Shown here: positions 1 through 11,443 of the stretch, piece by piece | Layout of the letters: each line of letters starts with the position of its first letter | Numbering within the stretch: position 1 is the first letter of the stretch | Source: Candidatus Latescibacterota bacterium | Lineage (GTDB): Bacteria; Latescibacterota; UBA2968; UBA8231 | Length of the DNA stretch: 64,000 nt | Reading direction: 5' to 3' | NCBI GenBank assembly: GCA_965206595.1 | Contig: OZ242214.1 | Coordinates: 3,968,001 to 4,032,000 of the forward strand | The notes under the pieces: generated by a model | What the model saw: only the letters and a program-made list of their open reading frames with translations | Database searches by the model: none | What the model was told of the DNA's origin: nothing | Position numbers and translations under genes: made by a program

Positions 1-50
1 GTCCGCCGGAGAAACCGCCGTCCCCCTTGCTCATGGCCGCTCGCGGCTGA

Positions 51-512
<462 letters not shown>

Positions 513-522
513 GCGACTCCTC

Positions 523-3500
523 ATGCAGGACGCTGACCGGGGGCCGCTGCGTGCCCTCGCCCGCAAGGCCATGGCTGGAAACGGAGCCGCGGGCCCGCTG
601 GCGCGGCTCGGCTTTACCGATCCGGAGTTCGCCGGCCGCATCCTCGACCGGCTCCGCGCGGCCGCGAACCCTGCAAGTTCGCCCCGGAAACCGCGGCGCC
701 GTTCCCCCGCAATCCCCGCGGAACCATCCTCGGCACCGCCCCCGGAGGTGCTGGTCTCCGCCTCGGTCTGCGGCCGTCCCGACCAGGCGCTGCGCCACTT
801 CGAGCGCTTCGCCCACGCCGGCGGAGCCCCCTCCGTCCTCTACCGGCGCCTCACCGCTTCCGAACCCCTCTGCGACTGTCTGCTCGCCCTTCTCGGGCAC
901 AGCGCCCTGCTGACCGACATCCTGGTCCGCAACCCCGAATACCTCTACTGGCTTATCGAGGAGACTCCGTTTCTCATCCGGTCCCTCGACCGCAGGCGGC
1001 TCGGCGCCTCCCTGCATCGCGACTTCGACCTCGAGGACCTGGAAGGAGCCGGCCTCGAGCAGCTGCGGCGGGCGCAGCGGCGGGAGCTTTTGCGCCTGGG
1101 GGCCTCGGAAATTCTCGGCCTCAAGGACGTCGCCCGCATCGGGGCCGAGCTGGCCTGGCTGGCGGACTTCGTTCTCGAGACCGTCCTCGAGGCCGTGACC
1201 CGGCAGCTGGAGGACCGCTACGGGGTCCCGCGCGACAACCGCGGCCACCGCGCCCGCTTCTGCGTCGTCGCCCTCGGCAAGTACGGCGGCGAGGAGCTCA
1301 ACTTCAGCTCCGACGTCGACCTCCTCTTCGTCTACGACGGCGAGGGCACGGCCGCGGCCGCGGGGAGGCAGCCGATCGACAACTACGAGTTCTTCACCCG
1401 CCTCGGCGAGGCCCTGATCCGCGAGCTGACCCGGGTCACCGGGGAGGGGAGCCTCTACCGCGTCGACATGCGCCTGCGGCCCGACGGCCTGCGCGGCCCC
1501 CTGGTGCGTTCGGTGCGCAGCTACTGGGTCCACTACGAGACCCGGGGGGAGCTGTGGGAACGGCAGATGCTGATCAAGGCGCGGCGGGCGGGCGGCTCCG
1601 TCCGCCTGTGGAAGCAGTTCCAGCAGATGCTGGCTTCCTTCGTCTATCCCGGCCGCCTCGAGGAGACGCCGCAGCGGGAGATCAGGCACCTCAAGCAGCG
1701 CATCGAGGCCAAGGTCGAGAAGTCCCGCCACCCGGAAAACATCAAGCTGCGCCCCGGGGGTATCCGCGACATCGAGTTCGTCGTCCAGTGCCTGCAGCTG
1801 ATCGGCGGGGGCGCCAACCGGCGCGCGCGCTCGACGAACACCCTCGAGGCGATTGCGAGACTGCGCGCCGCCGGCACCCTGTCCGCGTCCGAGGCCCGCG
1901 ACCTGCGCGCCGCCTACCGGTTTCTCCGGCGGCTCGAGAACCTCCTGCAGATCGAGTCGGACCGGGCGGTCTACCAGGTTCCGGACTCGCCCGCGGCCCG
2001 GACCGGGCTGGCAGCGGCCCTCGATCTCGACGATGCCGCCGCCCTCGACGCTGAGATCCAGGGCCACCTTGCCCGCGTACGGGCGATCTACGACGACGTC
2101 TTTTTCGCCGAACCGGCCGCGGACGGGGAGAATCTCGACTGGCTGACCGCCGATCCCGCGGCCATCGAGAAGCGGCTCGCCGCCCTCGGTTTCGATGCCC
2201 CTGAACCTGCCCGCCAAGTGCTGGCGGAGATGAGCTCCGAGCCGATGATGACCGAGCTGGGGCGCCGCAATTTCGGCACCATGATCCCGGGAGTGCTGGC
2301 CGCTCTCGGGGCCTCCCCCGATCCGCTGCACGCCCTGGTGCGGCTGCGCAGCGTCATCAGCGCCTACGGGGCCCCGGGCATCTTCCTGCAGCTCCTCGAA
2401 AGCAACCCCGAGTTCCGCAGGATGCTGATCGCCATATGCGGCGCCAGCCAGTACCTGACCGACCTCGTGGTGCGCGATCCGGCGCTGCTCGACCGCCTCG
2501 TCACCCCGGTGCTGTCCGCAGCCGGGGAAGCCCCTGAGGGCAGGGCTCTCGACATGGGAACCGCGGCCCGCTACCGCAACCGCGAGCTGCTGCGCATCGG
2601 CGCCGAAGACCTGCTCGGCCTCTCCACCCCGGAGGACACCTTCCTGCAGCTGTCCGACCTCGGCGACAGCATGGTGCGGATCGCCTTCCGCCACGCTTGG
2701 CGCAACTGCGTCCTGCGGCGCGGAAGGCCGAGGTCCCGGCGCGGCGCCGAGGTCGGATTCGCCTGCTTCGCCGCAGGCAAATACGGAGGCCGCGAGCTCA
2801 ACTTCGGCTCCGACCTCGACCTCTTCTTCGTGTACGGCGCCGCCGGACAGACCGGCCGATCCGTCGACAACAACGAGTTCTTCAGCGAGCTCGCCCAGGT
2901 CTTCATGCAGACCCTGAAGCAGCTCTCCTACGAGGTCGACGCGCGCCTGCGGCCCGAGGGCAGAAGGGCGCCGATAGCCATCGATCTCGCCGGGTACCGG
3001 CGCTACCTGAAGGATCGCGCCATCGACTGGGAGCGCCTCGCCCTGTCCCGCTCCCGGCCGGTTGCCGGCGACCCCGACCTGTGCGGGCAGGTGCAGCGGG
3101 CGATCAGGGGCTTCCTGTTCCGCGACCCTGTCGACGGCGAGCGCTTCGAGCGCCTCGTCGACATCCACGGCCGCCTGAAGGAATCGGTGCCACCGGGAAG
3201 CCTCGACATCAAACGCGGCCGCGGCGGCATCACCGACATCGAGTTCATCGCCCAGATCCTGCTGATCACCCACGGGAAAACCACACCGGTCCTGGCGATG
3301 AGCGGCACCCGGCCGCTGCTGGTGCGACTGCTCGAGAGCGGCCTGATCGGACGCGACGACGGACAGGTACTGCTGCCGGCCTACGACCGCTTCCGCGAGG
3401 TGGAGAAGGGGTTCCGCATGATGGGCAACCGCCCGATCACCGCTTTGCCCGGCGGCGCCGAGCTGGAAAGGCTTGCCCGGACCCTGGGGGCCGCGGACGG

Positions 3501-3612
3501 CCGCGCCCTGGAGCAGGAGCTGAGGCAGCTGATGGACGATACCCGGGGGATCTTCGACAGCTTCGTCGCCGCGGCGAAAGCGGAGCCGTTCTCCGGGCGG
3601 AAGAGGCGCTGA
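523..3612 (+). CDS. glnE: Bifunctional glutamine synthetase adenylyltransferase/adenylyl-removing enzyme
   Basis: 1029 aa with two nucleotidyltransferase halves (GKYGGEELNFSSDVDL...VDMRLRPDG; GKYGGRELNFGSDLDL...VDARLRPEG) and two GGI.DIEF motifs. Confidence 0.95.
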   Translation: MQDADRGPLRALARKAMAGNGAAGPLARLGFTDPEFAGRILDRLRAAANPASSPRKPRRRSPAIPAEPSSAPPPEVLVSASVCGRPDQALRHFERFAHAGGAPSVLYRRLTASEPLCDCLLALLGHSALLTDILVRNPEYLYWLIEETPFLIRSLDRRRLGASLHRDFDLEDLEGAGLEQLRRAQRRELLRLGASEILGLKDVARIGAELAWLADFVLETVLEAVTRQLEDRYGVPRDNRGHRARFCVVALGKYGGEELNFSSDVDLLFVYDGEGTAAAAGRQPIDNYEFFTRLGEALIRELTRVTGEGSLYRVDMRLRPDGLRGPLVRSVRSYWVHYETRGELWERQMLIKARRAGGSVRLWKQFQQMLASFVYPGRLEETPQREIRHLKQRIEAKVEKSRHPENIKLRPGGIRDIEFVVQCLQLIGGGANRRARSTNTLEAIARLRAAGTLSASEARDLRAAYRFLRRLENLLQIESDRAVYQVPDSPAARTGLAAALDLDDAAALDAEIQGHLARVRAIYDDVFFAEPAADGENLDWLTADPAAIEKRLAALGFDAPEPARQVLAEMSSEPMMTELGRRNFGTMIPGVLAALGASPDPLHALVRLRSVISAYGAPGIFLQLLESNPEFRRMLIAICGASQYLTDLVVRDPALLDRLVTPVLSAAGEAPEGRALDMGTAARYRNRELLRIGAEDLLGLSTPEDTFLQLSDLGDSMVRIAFRHAWRNCVLRRGRPRSRRGAEVGFACFAAGKYGGRELNFGSDLDLFFVYGAAGQTGRSVDNNEFFSELAQVFMQTLKQLSYEVDARLRPEGRRAPIAIDLAGYRRYLKDRAIDWERLALSRSRPVAGDPDLCGQVQRAIRGFLFRDPVDGERFERLVDIHGRLKESVPPGSLDIKRGRGGITDIEFIAQILLITHGKTTPVLAMSGTRPLLVRLLESGLIGRDDGQVLLPAYDRFREVEKGFRMMGNRPITALPGGAELERLARTLGAADGRALEQELRQLMDDTRGIFDSFVAAAKAEPFSGRKRR

Positions 3613-3811
3613 CCTCGGGTCGCCGGCCTTGGGTCCGGCTTCATTTTCCGGCTGCTCAAGTGGCCATCACCACCGGAACGCGGTTGCTGCGCTGCTTTGC
3701 GGCTGAGCGCACTCGGCATATCAGGAGCCTGAAAGGCCCTATATGCTTCTATGCATTCACCACCACGGATCTGCGCCTGTCGTGTGGAATGGACGATACC
3801 CCGGGGATCAT

Positions 3812-4678
3812 ATGGTTGACCTGACCGTACTGAACACGATGGCATCGAGCGACTTCTCCGAGGCGCTGGAACGCCATCACGAATGGGGTATGAAATTCCT
3901 GGACCTGAAAGACTGGGTCTTCGCCAAGCGCATCGTGGACCTGACAGAAGAGGAAGCCCTGCGAGCCCGAGACTTGATACGACAACACGGGCTCTTCGTC
4001 CATTGCTTTTCGACCCAGCTCTTCGAACCCGAAGTGGAGCTGGGCGAGGAGGTGTTCCGCCGGGACCACCTCGGTAAAGTCGATCACACCTTGAAAATCG
4101 CCCGCATCCTGCAACCGGAAATGATCCGGCTCCTGGCGGCCCAGACGACCCGGAGAGCGACGGTCGGCGACAGCGTGGCCTATCTGAAAGCGAAGCATCC
4201 CTGGGCCCTTCCCCTGTACGCCGAGGCCATCGATCGGGTGCACGAAGCAGGCTTCCACACCACGATAGAAAACGAGACCGGGCAATGCATCCTGGCCAAT
4301 CCCAACGAAATCCTCGGCTTCTTCCGGGAGTTGGACCGGACCGGCAAAGTCTCTTTCACCTGGGACGTCCAGAATCTGTGGGAGCTGGGGACCTTCCCCT
4401 CGATCGAGGTTTACCAGGCGATCAGACATCTGGTCCGCTACTATCATTTGAAGGGCGGGCAGCACAACGACTCGAGCAGGGATCTTTGCTGGAGATCGTC
4501 CCTGGAGGATGCCTCCTGGCCGGTCGTGGAGATCACTCGACAGGTGGTCGCGGACGGAGCAACGCCGGTGATCTGCCTGAACGGCTCTCACGGCGACAGG
4601 AAAAACGGCTACGACTACACCGACATCGTGCAGCGGGACATGGACTTCATCCGCAGCGCCATTCCGGAAATCGCCTGA
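3812..4678 (+). CDS. Sugar phosphate isomerase/epimerase (xylose-isomerase-like TIM barrel)
   Basis: Metal-binding motifs IENE, WDVQN, YYHLKG; adjacent to a Gfo/Idh/MocA gene. Start placed at ATG 3812; the open frame begins at 3743. Confidence 0.75.
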   Translation: MVDLTVLNTMASSDFSEALERHHEWGMKFLDLKDWVFAKRIVDLTEEEALRARDLIRQHGLFVHCFSTQLFEPEVELGEEVFRRDHLGKVDHTLKIARILQPEMIRLLAAQTTRRATVGDSVAYLKAKHPWALPLYAEAIDRVHEAGFHTTIENETGQCILANPNEILGFFRELDRTGKVSFTWDVQNLWELGTFPSIEVYQAIRHLVRYYHLKGGQHNDSSRDLCWRSSLEDASWPVVEITRQVVADGATPVICLNGSHGDRKNGYDYTDIVQRDMDFIRSAIPEIA

Positions 4679-4689
4679 CGGAGTAATCG

Positions 4690-5754
4690 ATGGCATACCA
4701 GAGAGAGTTTGAAAACAAGCTGAAGGTGGGTATGGTCGGCGTCGGCTCGCACGCCTACCGCAACATCATGCCGACGATGACGTTTCTGCCGGTGACGCTA
4801 CGCGCCATCTGCGACGTCGATGCGGAGCGGAGGCGGTCGACGGCCTCCCAGTACGGGGTGACAGCCTGCTACGACAACGCCCGGCAGATGTATCGGAACG
4901 AGGACCTCGATGCCGTGTTCCTGTGCGTATCACCGCAATTGCATCCGGAGCTGGCCTGTCAGGCATTCGACGCGGGCTTGCATGTGTGGATGGAGAAACC
5001 GCCCGCCATGCGCGCCAGCGAGGTGGAGGAGATGATCAGACACCGCAAGGACAGGGTGGCCGTGGTGGGGTACAAAAAGGCCTTCATGCCGGCCGCCGAC
5101 AAAGTCATCGAAATGCTCGCCATGGAAGGCTACGGTCCCCTGAGAAACATGCTCGCCGTCTACTCGATGGCGGTTCCGGAAGACGGGGAAAAGGTGCTGC
5201 GCGAGCGGGAAATCAACGGCTGGCTCGCCAATGGATGTCATCCCCTGTCGCTGATGATGCGAGTCGGTGGCCCGGTGTCCGCCGTTACCGTACACCGCGG
5301 TCAGCGGGGCGGCGGCGTCTGCGTGCTGGATTTCGCCAGCGGCGCCATGGGCAACTTCCACATGTCCAGCGGCGGGTCCGGCCGGCAGCCGCTGGATGCT
5401 CAACCGCTGGAACGCTACAGCTTCTTCGGCGACGGTTGCAGCGTCACCGTAGACAACAACCACAAGGTGACGGTGCAGAGAGGGATTCCCTTTCAGTACG
5501 CCCAAATCACCAGCTATCTCCCAGAAGGCATCGACAGCGGCGCCATCGTCTGGGAGCCGCAGAACAACATCTCCACGCTGGAGAACAAGGCCCTGTTCAC
5601 GCAGGGGATCTACAACGAGATGCGCTACTTCTGCGACCGGGTACTGGCCGGCGAGGCGGCGGTCACGGGTAGTCTGGAATTCGCCCTGGAGGTCATGCAG
5701 GTCTACGAGGCGGGATTGCTGTCGAACGGTGACCGGATCAGCCTCGACGGATGA
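4690..5754 (+). CDS. Gfo/Idh/MocA family oxidoreductase
   Basis: Rossmann motif [29 protein letters not shown]. Confidence 0.9.
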   Translation: MAYQREFENKLKVGMVGVGSHAYRNIMPTMTFLPVTLRAICDVDAERRRSTASQYGVTACYDNARQMYRNEDLDAVFLCVSPQLHPELACQAFDAGLHVWMEKPPAMRASEVEEMIRHRKDRVAVVGYKKAFMPAADKVIEMLAMEGYGPLRNMLAVYSMAVPEDGEKVLREREINGWLANGCHPLSLMMRVGGPVSAVTVHRGQRGGGVCVLDFASGAMGNFHMSSGGSGRQPLDAQPLERYSFFGDGCSVTVDNNHKVTVQRGIPFQYAQITSYLPEGIDSGAIVWEPQNNISTLENKALFTQGIYNEMRYFCDRVLAGEAAVTGSLEFALEVMQVYEAGLLSNGDRISLDG

Positions 5755-5918
5755 GCGCCCCGTCGCGTCGCAGCCGTCACCCCTTCAATGCCGGGTAGTG
5801 TCTCAGTTTGAGATTATCCACCGTCCACCGGAAAACCTAATCCTTTATTGTTTTTCACAGGGTTTTCCACAAGATCAGGTTGCCTTGCGACGGCTGAATC
5901 GATGGCCCATCCTGGGCC

Positions 5919-6508
5919 TTACTTGACCTCTATCCGGGGTCGTAGGAAGGCTTCCGCCTCAGAGACGGCATCAAGCAATTCACCGTGGAACACATCGTCT
6001 GGTCTGTCACCATATACAACCTTTTCAAGTCTATCATATTCTTGGACGACCTCCGGGGGCATGACCCGGCGAAGGTGGGGCTTCGAATACTGCGCATCCA
6101 ATTGACAATAACGTCCTACGCTCATTTTCCACTTCATGCAGCACTTGGCAATCGGGTCGAGCAATCCCCGAATCTTCTCACTCCCCCAAAGGACTTCCGC
6201 ATTTATTCCATGAGTCCGCATCTCACGAAACGCCGCGTCCATAATGCGTATACGATCATCGAACATACCCGAAAAGCCTTCCCCCTCGGACGTAAACCCT
6301 AAAGGTGAACGTGCGGATTCAAAGGAATACTGCACCTGACGGATTGAGGCGAGAAGCCTTCGGGCACATTCGTACTCAGACTGTCCCCTGACTTGTCTTT
6401 CCAAACCTGTAATCCCCGGATTGCCATGCAGGCAGTCACTATCGCCGCAACGGCTACGATTACGTCCGAGGCTGGAGAGATCCACAACAGACAACTCATC
6501 ACGGTCAT
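5919..6508 (-). pseudogene. Hypothetical membrane-anchored protein split by a 1-nt frameshift
   Basis: ORF 6299-6508 gives a TM helix ending GLQVWK; adding one A at ~6400 (TGGAAAGAC) continues it into RQVRGQSEYECARRLL of ORF 5919-6494. Confidence 0.55.
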
Positions 6509-6536
6509 AAGCTCAATTTTGGTTTACATAATGATA

Positions 6537-7380
6537 TCACGGTAAGCTGAGTTCTGGAATCAGGGCGCGGATATCCCCAGAGGTCAGGCCACCAGTGTCT
6601 ACGGTTTCCGGCTCCGCTGGTCTACCAGCAAGATGGTCTCTCAGACTTTGCCGGGCGTGGTTGTAACCGTCCCTTGCGCCTACGACAGTGGAATGCGGCT
6701 CGATGTCCCCTCCTGGCATGGGCGGCAGGTCGTTTAGTTGCCGACGGAGTTCCTCCGCGCTGGGCCCGGTGAGGTTGACGGGCGCGGGCCGGTTGTTCCA
6801 TCTGTCGAGGGCTATCCTGATCTGCTGCGCCTTTTCTCCTTGCTGCTCATGTTCCCGCCCTGGGTCTTGGGGGTGCTTGGCGCTCAACTCGCGGGCGCGG
6901 TCGAAATTTCCTTGCGCTTCATCCGCTGCCTTTGACCTTATCGCGGCTTCGACGATTTCCCGGACCCGCTCTGCTTTGCCCGCCTCCGCTTCAAGTGCTT
7001 CCAGGTCCCCTAGCTTGGCTACGTAATTCGCGTGGGCCTCGTTGGCCTCCTGGAGACGAACTCGTGCGTCCTCCAAACGGACGGTCCCGGTTCTGAGCGG
7101 TTTGGTGCTGTTGCTCCGGTTCGAGCCGACGGTGTCCCGGTGGTATTCTTCAATCGCAGTGAGCGCTGCCGCCGCGGTGGCGTCTTTGCCCGCAGTGGCT
7201 GCCGCCCGTTGCCTGTATTCTTGAAGTTCCTCCGCATCGTTCACGACCGACTGAATGTCGGCCTGCTTAACGCAGGCCGTGCTCAGGAACGACCGGCGAT
7301 CCAAGCCTAGGAAGACAGTGCCGTCTATGGCGCCGTCGTTGATGATCTCGCTGGAATAGTCGAGGCCCCGGTAGACCTCG
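6537..7380 (-). pseudogene. Internal fragment of a YhaN/SbcC-like coiled-coil AAA protein
   Basis: FLGLDRRSFLSTACVKQADI followed by long coiled coil; no Walker A and no credible start; ends abruptly. Confidence 0.55.
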
Positions 7381-7482
7381 TGGACAGAGCCGATCCTGCG
7401 AGCCGGCAGACGCACAAAGAGGACGGGAACAGGAGGCGGTTGGACGATCGCAAAGGGCAGGCCCCGTTGAATGGTCAGCGCT

Positions 7483-7841
7483 TCATCCTGAGGCCGTCGG
7501 GTGTGAAATCCGAACCCGCCCACCGCGTATTGTTATCACCGCCCGCTCTTTCAGCGCTTGATGGTGATGGTCGATGACTGCTTCAACCAGTTCGATCCGC
7601 TGGGGCACTCGAGCGTCAGGCAGGAGTATCAATCCGGCGTGGACAACTCGGCGCAGGTAGATCAGTTCTCCGAAGTCCTTGTCGACGGTGACCAGAACCC
7701 GGTCTTCTGACCCCGCCCGTTCCAGCAATGCCCTGTCGCCGGGGTCCGGGCCGAGGGTCTCCGCTTCAACGACGTCGTGTCCCTTGGTGCGCAGCCACTC
7801 TGCCAGCCTCCGCCGGCGCATCGGTCAGTAAGGAATCTCAT
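7483..7841 (-). pseudogene. DUF5615 (PIN-like, VapC45-type) toxin with a 1-nt frameshift near the 5' end
   Basis: ATG 7841 overlaps the antitoxin stop (ATGA) and reads MRFLTDRCAG, then shifts frame to RRLAEWLRTKGHDV...DRVLVTVDKDFGEL. Confidence 0.8.
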
Positions 7842-8089
7842 CGTCCTCCAACCGAGACCGGCGCCAGAGTGTCGCCAGCTATCACTGTGTGTGCGTAGGC
7901 GATGCAGGCGCGGATGTCTTCCAGTTCCAGCCCAGGGTAGTCGTCCAGGAGTTCCTCCTGTGTGGCTCCCTGGCTCATCAGGCTCAGTATCAGCTCCACA
8001 GATATCCGCATGTCCCGCACGATGGGCTTGCCGCCGAATACTTCGGGACGGGCTGTTATGCGGTTCAAAAGTTCATCGCTGGTCGTCAT
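7838..8089 (-). CDS. DUF433 antitoxin (VapB45-type)
   Basis: RITARPEVFGGKPIVRDMRISVELIL...LLDDYPGLELEDIRACIAYA. Confidence 0.92.
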   Translation of the reverse strand: MTTSDELLNRITARPEVFGGKPIVRDMRISVELILSLMSQGATQEELLDDYPGLELEDIRACIAYAHTVIAGDTLAPVSVGGR

Positions 8090-8477
8090 ATCTTCCCTCC
8101 GTAGTTCATGGGTGGTCGGCTATCCGGAACCGCAAGCAGCATGGCCGCGCGCAGCCGGGACCGCTCTCAGCCATCCCTTTGGGGGTCATTTCGCCCTATT
8201 GCTTGTCAGGGCGTCTTTTTTGAATCATCTCCCCTTGCCTTCACCAACCCCCCACTTCCGAGAGTCTGAACCGGAACAGTGCCGAGACGCGATGTACTTG
8301 TCAGACTTCATTCAGTGTCGTCTGCATGTCTCGGTGTGAATCGGATGGAGGGGGAAAATAGGGTAAGGGGCGGCGCCTGACAGGGTCGGTGTCCTGTGTT
8401 CCGGGGCGTCCCGAGAGGTCTTGCGGGCAAACACTCTGGGCAGGCTCTTTTCTTCCCCTGACCACCTTCGCGCCGCC

Positions 8478-9180
8478 TCAGCCGGCGATGAAACCGAGGT
8501 AGTTCCCGGGGTGAACCACCTCAAACGAGCTACGCGGATAGGCATGCCGCCAGCCGCCAGGGGCGCGGACAGCTCGGCCAGGCTTTGCGGACCACTTCAT
8601 CTCCGCCGCGTGCAGCCGCCCGCCCCACTCCTCGACCAGGTCGATCTCCTGCCGGTCGTAGGTGCGCCAGAAACGGCTCTCGGCCAGGCGCCCCGTGTAG
8701 AGGTTGTACTTCAGCCGCTCGACCATGATGTAGTTCTCCCACAGGGCGCCGGCGTCGTCCCGCAGGGACAGGGGGTTGAAGTTGCCGATCAGTCCGTTCC
8801 TGATCCCGTTGTCGTAGAAGTAGTAGCGACGGCTTTTGGTGATCTCCTTGCGAAGATTGCGGCTGAAGCCCCCCCGGCTGTAGATGACGTAGGCTTTCTC
8901 CAGCAGGTCGAGATAGCGGTCAACCGTGTTCTTGTTCATGCCGAGCCGGGTCCCCAGTTCGGACACCGAAACCTCGCGGCCGATCTGGAAAGCCAGCAGC
9001 TGGAGCAGGCGCAGCAGCTTGTCGGTATGCCGGACCCCCTCCAGCTGCAGGATGTCCTTGAACAGATAGGAAGCGACCAGCTCCCTGATGTAGAGCTCGC
9101 GGTCTTCGTTCGCTTCCATGAGGACGACCTCCGGGTAGGACCCGTAGATCAGCCGCATTTCGAGCCGGGCCTTCGTCTAC
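8478..9180 (-). pseudogene. C-terminal part of an AAA+ ATPase with DUF4143 domain
   Basis: YGSYPE, YFYDNGIRN, GALWEN, FWRTYDRQEIDLV, EMKW; the N-terminal ATPase domain is absent. Confidence 0.8.
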
Positions 9181-9739
9181 AAGGCTCATTTTTGGCAGAT
9201 GTCGGAGTAGGAATGGGGCGGCAGGCGTGATTCTCGGCCGATCTGGATGTCACCCGGCCGAGAAGGCCCCCCAGGCTGTTACTCGGTCAAGTAGCAGTCC
9301 AGGTCCATGCTGTCGAGCAGATCCAGGTCGGCAAGTATGGAGATACCCAGCGAAGGAACTGATATATCGAAGAATCGCTCGTAGAGACGAAAGAGATTCT
9401 TTTGGTTCACGGTTCCTCCCGCCAGTTTGCCGGCCAGTTTCCGGGCGATCCCCTGGTGGGTCGCCGGTATGGTCCTGACGCTGGTGATGCACTGAGATTC
9501 CAGGGTGTTCCACATCGTAGGCTCTTCAGCGGACGGGTTGCCTGTGGGGCACGTGTGACTCACATCCCCCCTGCCGTCGACCGCCAGGACTTCCCGAAGC
9601 TCCCAGCGTTCGGCAGCCTGCCGGCCCTGGCGATCACGCCTGGCGAAGACCGCATCACCAACGCGAAGAGCTTCGGTGCCCACTACCTGAGCCCCCTACG
9701 CCGATGTTTCGCCCTGCCATCCATCGCAGGAGTGCCTCG

Positions 9740-11002
9740 TCAACCTGTATCCTGCGCCAACTCCTCATGGCGCGCGGCGTAGATCGTCAGCTTGGTCGCG
9801 TCCCCGATCTGTTCGAGCTTGGGGCGGCGCCCGGACAGACGCAGGCTGTCCCTGACCAGGTTCAGGAACCCCTCTCCTCTGGCTTCCATATAGCTGCGGC
9901 CGGTAAGCGCGCTCTTGTAATCGCGCATGAATCCCGCCAGAAGCTGATTCCGGCGGACAGGCTGACAGCCCGCGTACAGGTTCTCGATGGTCAGGGTGTT
10001 GTAGAGGGCACCGGGATTCTGGAACTCGATCCGGTCGGGAAACAGGCGGATGATGATCTGCGAACCCGCGATCTCGTAATCCCGGTGCACGACGGCATTG
10101 ACGACCGCTTCCTGTAGAGCCGTTTCCACGTAACTCGGATAGTCCATTCGGCCCTCTCCGTCCTTCCTGGAGAGCGTCGGAACCAGGGGTGAAAGCCGGA
10201 TGTACGACAGCGCCTGGGCGATCTGCTCGGGCACGGGGCCGACGATCCGCTTGCTGTCCACGGTATTGCCGTCGGGCTCATCGTGGGCATATGCGGCCAG
10301 ATCGATGCAGGCGCCGTTCAAATGCCGCTCGGGCTGTTCGGCAAAGAGCAACAGCCCGAGGTGCGTCGGCGTCACACCCGAGTCCAGCTCGACGGCGAGT
10401 TTGTGGTCGACGAGGGTGGAGCCCCAGTCCTCGGGCCTGGACCAGTCCGGGAAGCGATCGAGGAAATATTGGTTCAAGCGAACCTCGCTCAGATCATCCA
10501 GATTGCTGCCCAAAACCGGTCTTTCTTCTACAGGGCTGGTCAGGCGACGAGCACTCAGCAGGCGTGCCAGTCGTTCCGGAGGGATGGATTGCCGGTGACT
10601 TCCCAATCGTTGAAGAAAGCGGCCGTCGCTCGTCTGGTGTATATCGAATCTGGACATGGGGATTTCAACAATCAGACACAGCTTTGGCACGCTGTCTTCT
10701 CCGGGAAGGTATTCCCAGTTCAACGCCGGTACGATCATAGACTTGCAGTTGTTCAGCGCCACGTTGACTACGAATTGCTCCAGGAGATCGCGCTTCTCGT
10801 GGTCGATTCCGACTGGAATGCGATCGCTGTTGGGCACGCCCATCACAACCTCGCCCCCCTTCGTGTTGGCCATGCTGACGAATACTTCTGCGAGTTTGGA
10901 CGCAGCCCGTCCTTCCTCCCTGGCAAAGGAAATCCTGTCTCCCCGGAACACGATCTCCTTCAGTTCGAGCTCGGTATCTTCCCCCGCCTGTATGGAATTC
11001 AT
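9740..11002 (-). CDS. AlbA_2 (Schlafen-like) domain + HATPase_c_4 (RecG-C-like) protein
   Basis: GEDTELELKE, SMANTKGGEVVMGV, EAVVNAVVHRDY, IEFQNPG, RRNQLLA, MEARGEG. Start uncertain; frame open to 11083. Confidence 0.85.
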   Translation of the reverse strand: MNSIQAGEDTELELKEIVFRGDRISFAREEGRAASKLAEVFVSMANTKGGEVVMGVPNSDRIPVGIDHEKRDLLEQFVVNVALNNCKSMIVPALNWEYLPGEDSVPKLCLIVEIPMSRFDIHQTSDGRFLQRLGSHRQSIPPERLARLLSARRLTSPVEERPVLGSNLDDLSEVRLNQYFLDRFPDWSRPEDWGSTLVDHKLAVELDSGVTPTHLGLLLFAEQPERHLNGACIDLAAYAHDEPDGNTVDSKRIVGPVPEQIAQALSYIRLSPLVPTLSRKDGEGRMDYPSYVETALQEAVVNAVVHRDYEIAGSQIIIRLFPDRIEFQNPGALYNTLTIENLYAGCQPVRRNQLLAGFMRDYKSALTGRSYMEARGEGFLNLVRDSLRLSGRRPKLEQIGDATKLTIYAARHEELAQDTG

Positions 11003-11107
11003 CCGTTCTTTGCTATCAATGGTCTTCGCCGCTCGCTCCGTGATCGGCTGCCTCCGGTGCCGACAGCGCCAACCAGCCGACAACCATGGTATGATAACGA
11101 CTGGCCA

Positions 11108-11443
11108 CTACTGGTCGAAGTACTTCGCCAGGATCAGCTCCTTGATCTCCTCGATCCCCCTTCCTTCATGGTGCCACTTGAAGGCGTCACGGCCTTCTTC
11201 GTTGCACTGGCGTCAGGTAGGGGGACAGCCTCCCTCGTAGCACCAGGCCAGGGTCTGTTTGCAACAGGCGCACGGCACCTCGCTGACCACCTCGGGGATC
11301 TCCTCCAGCAGGGTCCGGTAGAGGGCGAGTCCGTCAGGCGGCAACTCCGGCGGCTGGCTTTGCTGATGCAGGACGTAACCGCCGCCGGACAGAAGAACAG
11401 CTGCCGCTATGACGGCGAGGGCGGCTTTCCCTTTAGTGATCAC
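11108..11443 (-). CDS. PCYCGC-like Cys-rich exported protein with an in-frame TGA (candidate selenoprotein, UxxC)
   Basis: GGAGG RBS and GTG start overlapping the upstream gene; hydrophobic N-terminus; VPCACC..WCY..GCPPT-TGA-RQC..EEIKELILAKYFDQ-TAG, 111 codons with readthrough. Confidence 0.7.
11180..11215 (-). promoter_or_regulatory. Candidate bacterial SECIS element
   Basis: UGA at 11215-11213, then stem GAAGGC/GCCUUC with loop CGUGAC; the loop starts 21 nt after the UGA and has G at position 2. Confidence 0.55.

Noticed and set aside
9279-9683. 134-aa minus-strand ORF and overlapping plus-strand ORF
   Set aside because: No motif or clear RBS; cannot decide which, if either, is real.
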